Shown: positions 7,799 through 18,863, counted from the stretch's first letter. The stretch: 64,000 bases of DNA from an uncultured bacterium (GCA_965662235.1 CBFIGY010000016.1:8782-72781); one strand, 5' to 3'. Made by a program: numbers and translations. Notes: a model not told the origin generated them from the letters alone.

Positions 7799-10525
7799 AT
7801 GCCCACGCTCTTTGCCATTGACTCCATGGCCGTGTTGTACCGCGGTTACTTTGCCATGATCCGCAATCCGCTGATCAACTCCAAGGGGCTCAACACGAGC
7901 GGCATCCGGGCCGTCTTGATGCAGATCATCAAGATCATTGAAGAGGAGAAGCCCGAGTACCTCGCGGTGGCTTCTGATTCCAGCGAGCCCACCTTCCGGC
8001 ATGAGCGCTTTCCCGCGTACAAGGCCACCCGCGAGAAGATGCCTGACGACCTAGTGGCTCAGCTCCCTTACCTGCCCCGTCTGGTGGAAGCTCTGCAGCT
8101 GCCCTACCTCATCCTTCCCGGATACGAAGCCGACGACCTGATTGGCACGTTGATGCGCTGGTGCCTAGAAGCTGAACTCCATGGGGTGATGGTGACGAGT
8201 GATAAGGATTATCTGCAACTGGTCTCAAACACAACCGAAATCCTGAACCACAACGGCGAACGCTTGGGGCTGCAGGCCGTTCAGGAACGCTTTGGGGGAA
8301 CACCAGCCCAGGTCATTGAGGTGTTGGGACTCATGGGCGACACCTCCGACAACATTCCTGGTGTTCGTGGAGTCGGTGAAAAAACTGCAGTGAAGCTCAT
8401 CCAAGAATACGGCAGCATCGCCGGAGTCTATGAGCACCTGGATCAGATCAAGGGAAAGCTGCAGGAGAAGCTCCGGGAGGGAGAGGCCGATGCCTGGCTT
8501 TCACGGGAACTGGTCACGATTCATCAGGAAGTTCCCATTCCAGCCAAACTCGAAGACCTTCACCTGGGGCAAACGAACCTCTACGACAACCCGGACTTTC
8601 ATGCCCTCCTTGAGGAACTGGAGTTCCACACCCTCCTCAAGCGGTTTCAGAAGAAGTCGAGCCCGTCTGCGCCCGCCAGTGCTGCGCCCGCGCCCCGGAC
8701 GCCTCCACCTCCGGAACCTGTTGAGGAGCCTCAGACGCCGCTGCAGGCAGAGGTTCAGCGTCTGGAAACGCCGGAGGCCCTGCAGCAACTGGTCGCCTCC
8801 CTGCCGCCTGAAACGCCTGTGGCTCTGGCAGCGGTGTTTTCTGGAGAGCACCAGCTGGATGGCGCCTTGACCGGTGTGGCCTTCTGCACGGAAGACGCCC
8901 GAGCCCATGTGGTGGAAGCCCCCGAGGGGTCAGCGTGGCAGCAGGCGCTTCAGGCCTTCTTTTCCAGTGAGGTGCCCAAGGCGGTTCACGACAGCAAACG
9001 CCTCCGGCATGGACTGCGGGCATCCGGTTATGAGCTGAACGGAGTCCGGTTTGATGCTCTGATTGCCGCGCACCTTGTTGATCCGCTGGAGCGCAAGTTT
9101 GACCTGGATCGCCTGATTGGACGGCGTCTTCACAAAACCCGGACGCCCGCAGAGCCGGCGCCTCAGGAACAGCAGTTGGAGCTGCTCCCAACTGCAGATC
9201 CGGGGGTTGCCAAGCGACTGGCAGAAGACGCAGTTGCCCTCCGGGAGCTTGAGCAGGCTCTGCGGCCTCAGCTGCAGCAGACCGGGCAACTGGCCCTGTT
9301 TGAGCAGATTGAGCTCCCTCTGGCCGAAGTGCTCGCTCGGATGGAGTGGGAAGGGGTGGCGTTGGATGTCGCTGGGCTGCAGGAGATTTCCCAAGAGTTT
9401 GATGCCCGCTTGGAGGCCTTCCGGACGCGTCTTCACGAACTGGCCGGGGCGCCGTTCAACGTCAACTCGGTCCCGGAACTGCAGTCGGTGCTTTATGAGA
9501 AGCTCAAGCTGCACGAACGGTTCAAGGTCAAACCCAAGAAGATCAAGATTGGCTTGGGGCTCTCCACAGATGAGGAGACGCTGGAAAAGCTGGCGCAGCA
9601 TGAACTGCCCCGGACCTTGCTGGAGTACCGTGGCATCAACAAGCTCAAGAGCACCTACGTGGACCAGCTGCCCACATACGTCCATGCCTCTTCCGGACAC
9701 ATTCACACGACCTTCAACCAGGCCGCGACAGCCACCGGGCGCCTTTCTTCCGACAGTCCCAATCTGCAAAATATCCCCATCCGGACCGAAGAGGGGCGCC
9801 GCGTCCGGCGAGCGTTTGTCCCTTCCGGACCGGGGCGTGTGTTGATTTCAGCAGACTACAGTCAGATTGAGCTGCGGGTGGTGGCCCATTATTCCAAAGA
9901 CCCCACCTTCCTGGCTGCGTACCGAGATGGGCTCGACATTCATGCCCTCACGGCGGCGGCGATCTTTGAGGTTCCGGAAGCAGAGGTCTCGCGAGAGATG
10001 CGTTCTGCTGCCAAGGAGGTCAACTTTGGCCTCATCTACCGCATGGGCGCAGACCGGCTCGCGCTGGTGACCGGACGTCCCAAGAGCGAGGCCAAGGCCT
10101 TCATTGAGCGTTACTTCCAGCGCTACAGCACCATTCACGCCCTGCAGGAGCACTTCTTGGAGAGGGCTCGCAAGGAAGGGTTTGCTCAGACGCTGCTTGG
10201 ACGCCGCCGGCCTCTTCCGGAAATCAATGGCCGGGGCCTCGCCAAAAGTCTAGCGGAGGGCGGAGCCGTGAACACGCCGATCCAGGGCTCAGCGGCAGAG
10301 ATCATCAAGCTGGCCATGCTGGCCATTGACCGGAGGCTTCAGGAGGAGCAGCTTCGGTCGACAATGGTTCTGTCGGTTCATGATGAGATTGTGCTGGATG
10401 CGTTTGAGGACGAGGCAGAAGAGGTGCAGCGGCTGGTGAAGGAAGAGATGGAGCAGGTGCTCCTTCTCGAGGTGCCGCTGGTGGCCGAAGTCGGCAAAGG
10501 CGCCAACTGGCTGGAAGCCCATTAG
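7799..10525 (+). CDS. polA: DNA polymerase I
   Basis: 5'-3' exonuclease (EADD, GDTSDNIPGV), TATGRLSS..PNLQNIP, motif A DYSQIELR, motif B, motif C VHDE. Confidence 0.97.
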   Translation: MPTLFAIDSMAVLYRGYFAMIRNPLINSKGLNTSGIRAVLMQIIKIIEEEKPEYLAVASDSSEPTFRHERFPAYKATREKMPDDLVAQLPYLPRLVEALQLPYLILPGYEADDLIGTLMRWCLEAELHGVMVTSDKDYLQLVSNTTEILNHNGERLGLQAVQERFGGTPAQVIEVLGLMGDTSDNIPGVRGVGEKTAVKLIQEYGSIAGVYEHLDQIKGKLQEKLREGEADAWLSRELVTIHQEVPIPAKLEDLHLGQTNLYDNPDFHALLEELEFHTLLKRFQKKSSPSAPASAAPAPRTPPPPEPVEEPQTPLQAEVQRLETPEALQQLVASLPPETPVALAAVFSGEHQLDGALTGVAFCTEDARAHVVEAPEGSAWQQALQAFFSSEVPKAVHDSKRLRHGLRASGYELNGVRFDALIAAHLVDPLERKFDLDRLIGRRLHKTRTPAEPAPQEQQLELLPTADPGVAKRLAEDAVALRELEQALRPQLQQTGQLALFEQIELPLAEVLARMEWEGVALDVAGLQEISQEFDARLEAFRTRLHELAGAPFNVNSVPELQSVLYEKLKLHERFKVKPKKIKIGLGLSTDEETLEKLAQHELPRTLLEYRGINKLKSTYVDQLPTYVHASSGHIHTTFNQAATATGRLSSDSPNLQNIPIRTEEGRRVRRAFVPSGPGRVLISADYSQIELRVVAHYSKDPTFLAAYRDGLDIHALTAAAIFEVPEAEVSREMRSAAKEVNFGLIYRMGADRLALVTGRPKSEAKAFIERYFQRYSTIHALQEHFLERARKEGFAQTLLGRRRPLPEINGRGLAKSLAEGGAVNTPIQGSAAEIIKLAMLAIDRRLQEEQLRSTMVLSVHDEIVLDAFEDEAEEVQRLVKEEMEQVLLLEVPLVAEVGKGANWLEAH

Positions 10526-10572
10526 GCGGTTTCCGGAAGAACTGTTTTAACCAACCTGATACAGGAACCCCC

Positions 10573-11484
10573 ATGCAAGCAGAGTGTGTTGTCGATTGCC
10601 GTTGCATGCTCGGAGAGGGCATCATCTGGGACGCTGAGTCTCAGCGGCTGTGGTGGGTGGACATCCCCCTCCCACATCCCCGGATTCACTGCTGGGACCC
10701 CGCTTCTGGCGAGCACCAGCAGTGGGAGATGCCGGAAATGGTCGGGTCACTGGCGGTTTGTCCCGATGGCACTCTGTTGGTGGCATCGCATCATGGGCTC
10801 AACCGCTTTCATCCGGAGCAGGGGAGGTTGGAGCGTCTGAGTCAGCCGGAAGCGCACCTGCCCCAAAACCGGGCCAATGACGGCAAGTGCGACCCGCGCG
10901 GACGGTTTTGGTTTGGCACCATGCAGAACAACATTGGGCCGTCCGGAGAAGATCTTCCGCTCACGCAGTCCTCCGGAACGCTGTACCGCGTTGACGGCGA
11001 CGGTCGCGTGCATCCTGTGGTCTCGGACGTTGCCATCTCGAACTCGCTGTGCTGGAGTCCGGACGGCACCATCCTGTACTTCAGCGACACGGTCAGTGGC
11101 TGGATTGAGGCCTTCGACTTTGACCTCGATTCTGGCACCGTCTCGGGGCGCCGGAAGTTTGCCTCAGCATCAGGGAAGGGGGTTCCAGATGGAGCCACCA
11201 CAGACACCGCTGGCGGAGTGTGGAGCTGCCGCTGGGGCGGGGGGCAGGTGTTGCGGTTTGATGCCGCTGGCCAGGAAGACCGGTCGGTTGCCTTGCCCGC
11301 CCTGAACGTCACCTGTGCCACCTTTGGGGGACCAAACCTGGACACGCTTTATGTGACGACTTCCCGGCAGGCGACTCCGGCGGAGGTGCTGGAAGCCCAT
11401 CCCACGATTGGGGGCATCTTTGCGGTGAAGCCGGGCTTTACGGGTCAGGCGACTCCTCGTTTCCGAGAAGCGCCGGCTTCCTGA
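10573..11484 (+). CDS. SMP-30/gluconolactonase/LRE family protein
   Basis: LGEG, RANDGKCDPRGR, SNSLCWSPDG, PDG, FGGPNLDTLYVT. Confidence 0.92.
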   Translation: MQAECVVDCRCMLGEGIIWDAESQRLWWVDIPLPHPRIHCWDPASGEHQQWEMPEMVGSLAVCPDGTLLVASHHGLNRFHPEQGRLERLSQPEAHLPQNRANDGKCDPRGRFWFGTMQNNIGPSGEDLPLTQSSGTLYRVDGDGRVHPVVSDVAISNSLCWSPDGTILYFSDTVSGWIEAFDFDLDSGTVSGRRKFASASGKGVPDGATTDTAGGVWSCRWGGGQVLRFDAAGQEDRSVALPALNVTCATFGGPNLDTLYVTTSRQATPAEVLEAHPTIGGIFAVKPGFTGQATPRFREAPAS

Positions 11485-11591
11485 GGGCCGTGCGTTGCTT
11501 GGTTTTTCACATGGGCTTGTGTATCCTGCCCATCGGTCCTCTGAGTGCTTCAGAGGCGATTGCTGAAAACTGATCGGCTTTAGGAGATTCC

Positions 11592-12191
11592 ATGCTGATG
11601 CGTTTGCTTGTGCTGCTGCTGCTGCCAACCACCGTGTGGGCACAGGGCATTCTGGAAACCGAATCCATCCGCCAGCGTCTCTTTGACCGGATTGGCAACC
11701 GGGACACGCAGTCGGTGGTTCCGGAAATGCTGGAAGGCACCCTGGGACGAGTCACGGATTCTGAGAGCGTTTGGGTTCGGATTGATGACCGTGGCGAGTT
11801 CCGGAAGTGGACCTACAAGCTCTCCAAGAGCAGCCTCAGTCTGCCTCGTCAAGAGATTCGGGTGTGGCTGAAACACGTCTCCCCCGACCGTTCCATCAGT
11901 CACGGCAAGGAGTACAACGAGTGGTTCAAGAAGAAGGCAGCGTTTGAGCTGGGCAAGACCTTCTACAACCGCCACGTCCGGGTTGCCTATGACTACTCGG
12001 AGGTCACCTACCGTCTCACCGGCATGGTTTGGTCGGGGCGGGAGAGCCTGAACCTCTGGCTGGTGAAAAACGGTTGGTCGTTCTACCTGCTTGCCGAAGA
12101 GCCCCCTCCGGAGCACGGCGACTTCCTAGCGGCTGAGAAGGAGGCTCAGCGGGCGCAGATTGGGCTCTGGAAACCTGAGTTGCAGAAGTGA
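11592..12191 (+). CDS. Exported thermonuclease (SNase)-fold protein, catalytic residues degenerate
   Basis: Signal peptide; C-terminal LNLWLVKNGW...AEKEAQRAQIGLW typical of the SNase family; RBS AGGAG. Confidence 0.65.
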   Translation: MLMRLLVLLLLPTTVWAQGILETESIRQRLFDRIGNRDTQSVVPEMLEGTLGRVTDSESVWVRIDDRGEFRKWTYKLSKSSLSLPRQEIRVWLKHVSPDRSISHGKEYNEWFKKKAAFELGKTFYNRHVRVAYDYSEVTYRLTGMVWSGRESLNLWLVKNGWSFYLLAEEPPPEHGDFLAAEKEAQRAQIGLWKPELQK

Positions 12192-12362
12192 CCGCGGTTT
12201 TCCGGAGGGCTCTTTTGCCCAGATTCAAGGATTTCAATTGAACCTTTTTCTGCATTTGAGTAAATCATTGTGCTTGCTTGATGCAGTCTTTGTGTTGAGT
12301 CACCTGAATTTTTCCCTCCGAACTACCCCAGTTCGGGTCCAAATATCTTCAAGGAGAGATCG

Positions 12363-13364
12363 ATGAGAAAAATCATCTCAGGTTTGTTATGTGCTGGGGC
12401 GCTGGCGCTTTCTGCCTCCACTGCCGTTGCCATGAAGCCGGCTGTGCTGTTCGACATGGGTGGCAAGTTTGACAAATCCTTCAACGAGGGAATCTGGAAC
12501 GGTGTGGAGCAGTTCCGCAAAGAGACAGGCATCAAGTACCGTGAGTTTGAGGTGCAGCAGGAAGCCCAGCGGGAACAGTTTCTGCGCAAGCTCGCAGAGC
12601 GTTCTGATACGGTGATCGCCGTGGGCTTCGGTCAGGCACCGGCGCTGGAAAAGGTGGCCCCGGAGTTCCCGAACGTCAAGTTCAGCATCATCGACATGGT
12701 GGTGGACCTGCCGAACGTGCAATCCATTGTCTTCAAGGAGCATGAAGGGTCCTTCCTCGTGGGGGCACTCGCAGCCATGAAGAGCTCCTCCGGGAAAGTT
12801 GGCTTTGTCGGGGGCATGGACATTCCGCTCATCCGCAAGTTTGCCTGTGGCTACGCTCAGGGCGTGAAGCACATCAACAGTGGCGCGACCGTTTACTCGA
12901 AGATGACGGGCACCACCCCGGCGGCTTGGAACGATCCGACCCGTGGTGGCGAGCTCGCCAAGAGCATGTATGACAGTGGCGCCGATGTGGTCTACGCGGC
13001 AGCTGGTGGCACCGGACTGGGAGTCCTGCAAGCGGCGGCAGACAACGACAAGCTCGCCATTGGCGTGGACAGCAACCAGAACCACCTGCAGCCCGGATAC
13101 GTTCTGACCTCCATGCTCAAGCGTGTGGACGTGGCTGCCTATGAAGTCTTCCGGACCGCCAACCAAGGCACCTGGAAGCCGGGCATCAAGGTTCTGGGCC
13201 TCGCTGAAGACGGCGTGGGCTGGGCACTGGATGAGAATAATGCCAGCTTGGTGAGCGACTCCATGCGAGACCAAGTGGATCAGATCCGCCGGGACATCAT
13301 TACCGGAAAAATTGCGGTGCACGACTACATGGCAGACAACAACTGCCCTGTTGCCACCGAGTAA
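12363..13364 (+). CDS. BMP family (nucleoside) ABC transporter substrate-binding protein
   Basis: DKSFNEG, FKEHEGSFLVG, AAGGTGLG, IGVDSNQ, SMLKRVD; RBS AAGGAG. Confidence 0.93.
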   Translation: MRKIISGLLCAGALALSASTAVAMKPAVLFDMGGKFDKSFNEGIWNGVEQFRKETGIKYREFEVQQEAQREQFLRKLAERSDTVIAVGFGQAPALEKVAPEFPNVKFSIIDMVVDLPNVQSIVFKEHEGSFLVGALAAMKSSSGKVGFVGGMDIPLIRKFACGYAQGVKHINSGATVYSKMTGTTPAAWNDPTRGGELAKSMYDSGADVVYAAAGGTGLGVLQAAADNDKLAIGVDSNQNHLQPGYVLTSMLKRVDVAAYEVFRTANQGTWKPGIKVLGLAEDGVGWALDENNASLVSDSMRDQVDQIRRDIITGKIAVHDYMADNNCPVATE

Positions 13365-13419
13365 TCCTCCATTCGGCCGGGAGTCATCCCGGCCTTCCTA
13401 ACTTCCTGCCGGCAGCTTC

Positions 13420-14358
13420 ATGCCTCGTCAAATCATCATTGATACCGATCCGGGACAGGACGACGCCCTGGCGATCCTCTTGGCCCTGGCCAGTCCGGAA
13501 GAGCTGGACGTGCGCGGCATTGTCACGGTGGCCGGAAACGTTCCTCTGCCCCTGACCTCTCGCAATGCTCGTGCGCTTGTGGAGCTGGCTGGACGTCCGG
13601 AAGTCCCGGTTTTTGCCGGCTGCCCTCGTCCCCTCATGCGCCCGCTGGTCACGGCAGAGTACGTGCACGGAAAGACCGGCCTAGACGGCTGGGAGGTCCC
13701 GGAACCGTCCATACCGCTGCAAACGCAGCACGGGGTGGATTGGTTGATCGAAACGCTGCTGGCCGCAGAAGACGATTCCATCACCCTCTGCACTCTGGCA
13801 CCTCTGACCAACGTGGGGATGGCCATTGCGAAGGCACCAGAGATCCTTCCCAAGATCCGGGAAATTGTTGCCATGGGCGGTGGCTTCTTTGAAGGCGGAA
13901 ACATCACGCCGGTAGCCGAGTTCAACATCTACGTGGACCCGCATGCCGCGCAGGCGGTGTTCAGCTGCGGGCGCCCCCTGACGGTGATGCCGCTGGATGT
14001 GACCCATCAGGCGCTCATGCCCAAGCCATGGCTGCAGGCCTTGAAGGAACTGGACTCGGCTGTCGGCCGGGCCACCAATGGGATGCTGACGTTTTATGAA
14101 CGCTTTGACGTCAACAAGTACGGCAGTTCCGGAGGACCGTTGCATGATCCAACCGTCATTGCCTACCTGCTGCAGCCGGAGCTCTTCTCAGGGAAGACCG
14201 TGAACGTCACCGTCGAGACGGCCTCGGAGTTGACGATGGGCATGACCGTTGTGGACTGGTGGGGCGTTACCGACCGTTCAGCCAATGCGCAGGTCATGAA
14301 CCAGATCGACGCCGATGGCTTCTTCTCCCTCCTGCTTGAGCGGCTGGCCCGCCTCTGA
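13420..14358 (+). CDS. Nucleoside hydrolase (IU-NH family)
   Basis: DTDPGQDD, AGNV, HGKTGL, AEFNIYVDP, LHDP. Confidence 0.95.
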   Translation: MPRQIIIDTDPGQDDALAILLALASPEELDVRGIVTVAGNVPLPLTSRNARALVELAGRPEVPVFAGCPRPLMRPLVTAEYVHGKTGLDGWEVPEPSIPLQTQHGVDWLIETLLAAEDDSITLCTLAPLTNVGMAIAKAPEILPKIREIVAMGGGFFEGGNITPVAEFNIYVDPHAAQAVFSCGRPLTVMPLDVTHQALMPKPWLQALKELDSAVGRATNGMLTFYERFDVNKYGSSGGPLHDPTVIAYLLQPELFSGKTVNVTVETASELTMGMTVVDWWGVTDRSANAQVMNQIDADGFFSLLLERLARL

Positions 14359-14363
14359 TTGCC

Positions 14364-15887
14364 ATGCCTGCCATTGAACTCCGTCACATCCACAAGCGCT
14401 TTGGCGCAGTTCAGGCGAACCAGGACGTCAACCTGTCGATTGAAGCCGGCACCATTCACGGCATCATCGGAGAAAACGGGGCGGGTAAATCGACCCTGAT
14501 GAGCATCCTCTACGGCTTCTATCAGGCGGATTCCGGCGAAATCCTTGTCCACGACACCCCCACTCGCATCACGTCCTCCCAAGACGCCATCCGCGCCGGC
14601 ATTGGCATGGTGCATCAGCACTTCATGCTCGTCGACCCCTTCACGGTGCTGGAAAATGTGATCCTAGGCGCAGAGTCCGGCTTTTCCTTGGATCACTCCT
14701 TGCGCACCGCCCGTACCGCCCTCATGCGCCTGGAAAAGGAATATGGGCTGGAAGTGGACCTCAACGCGCAGGTGGACAAACTGCCGGTGGGGCTGCAGCA
14801 GCGGGTGGAGATCCTCAAGGCGCTCTATCGAGGCGCAGATATCCTGATTCTGGATGAACCCACCGGCGTCCTCACACCGCAGGAAGCCGATGAGCTGTTC
14901 CGGATTCTCGCGGAGCTCCGGAAGCAGGGAAAGACGATTGTCCTGATCACCCACAAGCTCCGGGAGATCATGGCGATCACGGACTCGGTTTCTGTCATGC
15001 GTCAAGGGGAAATGGTCGCCCATCGCAAGACCGCGGAAACCCACCAAGAGGAGCTTGCCGAGCTGATGGTCGGTCGTAAGGTGCTTCTGCAGCTGGACAA
15101 GCAGCCGTCGAAGCCACGTACCACCGTGTTGCGGGTGGACCGACTCTCGGTGACAGGAGACGACGGAGTCAAGCGCGTCAAGGACGTCAGCTTCGAAGTC
15201 CGGGCTGGCGAAATTGTCGGCATTGCTGGAGTCTCCGGAAACGGTCAGTCTGAGCTGCTGGAAGCGATTACGGGCATTCAGCCCATTCAGTCCGGAAGCC
15301 TGGAGCTTTCAGGAACACTGATCGACGCTTCACACGGCCTCACTCCAGCAGACATGCGGCAGCTGGGCATGGCGCATGTGCCAGAAGACCGGCAACGGAT
15401 GGGGCTGGTGACGGCGTTTCCGGCCTACGAAAACGCGATTCTGGGCTATCACCACGATGCGCGTTTCAATGGGACCGTGGAGATGGATCAGGGGCAGCTG
15501 CTGGCCGCATGTCGGCAGCAAATGGACGACTACGATGTCCGTCCCCGAGACCCGAACCTCCGGGTCAGCCTCATGTCCGGAGGCAACCAGCAGAAGCTGG
15601 TGGTGGCGCGTGAAATGGGGCGCGATCCGGATTTGCTGGTGGTGGGGCAACCGACCCGTGGAGTGGACATTGGTGCGATTGAGTTCATTCACAAACAGAT
15701 CCTAGCGATGCGAGACGCCGAAAAGGCCGTTTTGCTGGTGTCAGTGGAACTCGATGAAATCCTCTCCCTCAGTGACCGCATCTTGGTGATGTTTGATGGG
15801 CGCTTGATGGGAGAAATGAGGGCGGCTGAAGCCGACGAACGACGCATTGGACTGCTCATGGCCGGCATCCAGGAGGAGGGCGCATGA
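14364..15887 (+). CDS. Nucleoside/sugar ABC transporter ATP-binding protein (two NBDs)
   Basis: [37 protein letters not shown]. Confidence 0.95.
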   Translation: MPAIELRHIHKRFGAVQANQDVNLSIEAGTIHGIIGENGAGKSTLMSILYGFYQADSGEILVHDTPTRITSSQDAIRAGIGMVHQHFMLVDPFTVLENVILGAESGFSLDHSLRTARTALMRLEKEYGLEVDLNAQVDKLPVGLQQRVEILKALYRGADILILDEPTGVLTPQEADELFRILAELRKQGKTIVLITHKLREIMAITDSVSVMRQGEMVAHRKTAETHQEELAELMVGRKVLLQLDKQPSKPRTTVLRVDRLSVTGDDGVKRVKDVSFEVRAGEIVGIAGVSGNGQSELLEAITGIQPIQSGSLELSGTLIDASHGLTPADMRQLGMAHVPEDRQRMGLVTAFPAYENAILGYHHDARFNGTVEMDQGQLLAACRQQMDDYDVRPRDPNLRVSLMSGGNQQKLVVAREMGRDPDLLVVGQPTRGVDIGAIEFIHKQILAMRDAEKAVLLVSVELDEILSLSDRILVMFDGRLMGEMRAAEADERRIGLLMAGIQEEGA

Positions 15888-16978
15888 GCGAACGTTCTGC
15901 CAACATTTTGCTGGTGACCCTGATCACGCTGGGCAACCTGTTCCTGGCCTTCTTTGTCTCAGGCATCATCGTCTGGTCGGTGGGAGAGAATCCGCTGACG
16001 GCGCTGGAGGTCCTGCTCTATGGCGCCTTCGGGTACTCCGGAGGAGTGGGCTACACGCTTTATTACAGCACCAACTACATCTTCACGGGATTGGCCTTTG
16101 CCATTGCCTTCCACGCCCGCCTGTTCAACATCGGTGCCGAAGGACAGGCGTACATTGGGGGATTGGGCGTGGGGCTGGTGTGCCTGGCTACGGACACGCT
16201 TCCGTTCATTGTGATCCTGCCCCTAGCCATGATTGGGGCCGTGGTGTTTGGCGGACTCTGGGGGGCGATTCCAGGGTGGCTTCAGGCGCGTCGTGGCAGC
16301 CACGTGGTGATCACAACGATCATGTTCAACTTCATTGCCAGCTCCTTGATGATCTGGCTCCTCAGTGAAGTCCTCATCAAGCCTGGGCAGATGTCTCCTG
16401 AGACCCGGGAGGTGCTGCCCAACGCGTGGATTCCGCAGCTGCATGAGTGGTTTGGGGACTGGGGCATGAGCCGTTCACCGCTGAATGCGAGCTTCTTCTG
16501 GGCGCTGCTGTGCTGCGTCTTTGTGTGGCGCTTCATCTGGCACACACGCTGGGGATACGAGCTCCGGACGGTAGGTGCCAATGAGACGGCTGCTGTGTAC
16601 GGCGGCATCAATGTGCCCCGGAACCTGATCATTGCCATGACGCTTTCCGGAGCCCTAGCAGGGTTCGTGGGGCTGAATGAGATCATGGGAGTGCAGCACC
16701 GCATCCTCCTCAACTTTCAGCTGGGATACGGCTTCACCGGGATTGCAGTGGCCCTGATTGGTCGGAATCACCCCCTCGGCGTGCTGCTGGCGTCCATTCT
16801 GTTTGGGGCGCTCTATCAGGGGGGCGCGGAGTTGGCGTTTGAAATGGACAAGATCGACACCCACATGGTGGTGCTCATTCAGGCGCTGGTGATCCTGTTT
16901 GCCGGCGCTTTGGAAAACCTCTTCAAGCCGCAGCTAGAGGCCTTGGTCAAGCGGTGGACTCATTCGTCGGTGGCGTGA
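15884..16978 (+). CDS. Nucleoside ABC transporter permease
   Basis: LFNIGAEGQ, GFTGIAVALIGRNHP, many TM segments. Confidence 0.93.
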   Translation: MSERSANILLVTLITLGNLFLAFFVSGIIVWSVGENPLTALEVLLYGAFGYSGGVGYTLYYSTNYIFTGLAFAIAFHARLFNIGAEGQAYIGGLGVGLVCLATDTLPFIVILPLAMIGAVVFGGLWGAIPGWLQARRGSHVVITTIMFNFIASSLMIWLLSEVLIKPGQMSPETREVLPNAWIPQLHEWFGDWGMSRSPLNASFFWALLCCVFVWRFIWHTRWGYELRTVGANETAAVYGGINVPRNLIIAMTLSGALAGFVGLNEIMGVQHRILLNFQLGYGFTGIAVALIGRNHPLGVLLASILFGALYQGGAELAFEMDKIDTHMVVLIQALVILFAGALENLFKPQLEALVKRWTHSSVA

Positions 16979-17931
16979 TGTGGCATGAAATTCTCCTCGT
17001 CTTGGATGCAACCCTGCGGGTATCGGTGCCGTTGATCTTTGCGGCGATGGGGGGCATCTTTGCGGAGCGTTCCGGAGTGATCGACTTTGGACTGGAAGGG
17101 AAGATGCTCGCAGGCGCTTTTGTTGCCGCAGCAGTGGCGCATGTCACACAGTCGGCCTGGATGGGCGTCTTGGGGGCCATCAGCATTGGCGTGGCGCTTT
17201 CGATGGTGCATGGCTTGGTGAGCGTCACCAAGTCCGGAAACCAGGTGGTTTCATGCGTGGCCATCAATGAAGTGGCCCGAGGCCTGACGGTGGTCCTAGC
17301 GGTGTGGTGGTTCTCTCAAGGAGGAAAAACGCCGCAGTTGCCCAAGGAAGCCCGCTTCATGGCGCTGGACCTTCCGTTTGCTGAAGAAGCCCGCTCCATT
17401 CCGGTGCTAGGAGAAGTCTATGCGGAGTTGCTCAGCGGGCACAACATCCTCGTGTACCTGTCGTTCCTCTGTGTGCCGCTGACGGCCTGGGTGCTCTATC
17501 AGACGCGTTTTGGGCTGCGGTTGCGGGCAACCGGGGAAAATCCCTTGGCTGTGGACACAGCTGGAATCTCGGTGCAGGGAATGCGGTACCGTGCCTTGAT
17601 GATCAATGGCGTGCTGGGGGGGCTCTCAGGCGCCTACCTGTCTACGGCGCAGATCGCCTTCTTTGCCAAAGACATGTCCGCAGGCAAGGGGTACTTTGCT
17701 CTGGCGGCCATGATCTTTGGCAAGTGGCGCCCATCCACGGCTCTGTTGGCGTGCTTGCTGTTCGCATTTCTGGACGCGTGGGGGAATCGGTTGCAGGGAA
17801 CTCCCGGAGTTCCAGTCGCCCTCATTCAAGCCTTACCTTATGTGCTTACCGTTGTCTTGCTGGCAGGATTTGTCGGAAAAGCCGTTGCTCCCCAGGCGAT
17901 TGGAGAGCCTTTTGTCAAGGAACGTAAATGA
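16978..17931 (+). CDS. Nucleoside ABC transporter permease
   Basis: ERSGVIDFGLEG, GLRLRATGENP, ALAAMIFGKWRP. Confidence 0.93.
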   Translation: MWHEILLVLDATLRVSVPLIFAAMGGIFAERSGVIDFGLEGKMLAGAFVAAAVAHVTQSAWMGVLGAISIGVALSMVHGLVSVTKSGNQVVSCVAINEVARGLTVVLAVWWFSQGGKTPQLPKEARFMALDLPFAEEARSIPVLGEVYAELLSGHNILVYLSFLCVPLTAWVLYQTRFGLRLRATGENPLAVDTAGISVQGMRYRALMINGVLGGLSGAYLSTAQIAFFAKDMSAGKGYFALAAMIFGKWRPSTALLACLLFAFLDAWGNRLQGTPGVPVALIQALPYVLTVVLLAGFVGKAVAPQAIGEPFVKERK

Positions 17932-18863
17932 GTGCCACACTGGGAATTGAAGCCATCGGGACCTTCTTGCCGGAAGGTCGCCTCTCCAACCTGGAGCGGA
18001 TGGAAGCATTCAGCATGACGGAGCAGACCGTCCGGGAGAAGGTCGGGTTCCTGTCAGTCAGTCAGAAGGAGCCTGAGATGGAGACCTCCGACCTGTGCGT
18101 CCGGGCTTGGCAAGCGCTCAAGCAGCAACGGCCCATTCGGTCAGAGGACATCGATTGCCTGGTGGTCTGCACGCAGAATCCGGATGGCTACGGCCTGCCC
18201 CACACGTCGGCGATTGTGCACCGCAAGCTGGGGCTTTCTCAGAACTGTGCGGCCTTTGACATTTCCCTCGGATGCTCGGGGTTCGTCTACTCCCTCTCGA
18301 TCATTCAGGCGTTCATGGAGGCTCAGGGGATGAAAACCGGGGTGCTCTTTACCGCAGACCCTTACTCCAAAGTCATGGACCCGAAGGACAAGAAAACCAG
18401 CACGCTGTTTGGCGATGGCGCTGCTGCGACCCTGATTTCAACTCAACCGGTGTGGAAGAGTGGGGCCTTTGAGTTTGGTTCCGACGGCACCAAGTGGGAC
18501 AGCATTGTGGTCCGAGACCAGACCCTCCACATGAACGGGCGGGCGGTGTTCACCTTTTCTGTGCGGATGATTCCCGACAGCATCCGGGCCATGCTGCAGA
18601 AGAATGACTGGACCCTAGACCAGGTGGACCGGTTGCTGCTGCACCAAGGAAGCCGGCACATCGTCAACTCCATTGCCGATGAGCTGGGAGTCGCCCGCGA
18701 CAAGTGCCCCTTTTATGCCGAAAACTACGGCAACACCGTTTCCTCCACCATTCCCTTCATGCTGGCAGAAGAATTCCACAACCCCGACCTTCAGACCGTG
18801 CTGGTTGCCGGATTTGGCGTGGGGCTCTCTTGGGCCAGCACCCTTTTGTTCCGTCAGCCGTGA
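17928..18863 (+). CDS. Ketoacyl-ACP synthase III (FabH-like)
   Basis: FDISLGCSGF (catalytic Cys), LFGDGAAA, HQG (His), YGNT (Asn), GFGVGLSW. Confidence 0.88.
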   Translation: MSATLGIEAIGTFLPEGRLSNLERMEAFSMTEQTVREKVGFLSVSQKEPEMETSDLCVRAWQALKQQRPIRSEDIDCLVVCTQNPDGYGLPHTSAIVHRKLGLSQNCAAFDISLGCSGFVYSLSIIQAFMEAQGMKTGVLFTADPYSKVMDPKDKKTSTLFGDGAAATLISTQPVWKSGAFEFGSDGTKWDSIVVRDQTLHMNGRAVFTFSVRMIPDSIRAMLQKNDWTLDQVDRLLLHQGSRHIVNSIADELGVARDKCPFYAENYGNTVSSTIPFMLAEEFHNPDLQTVLVAGFGVGLSWASTLLFRQP

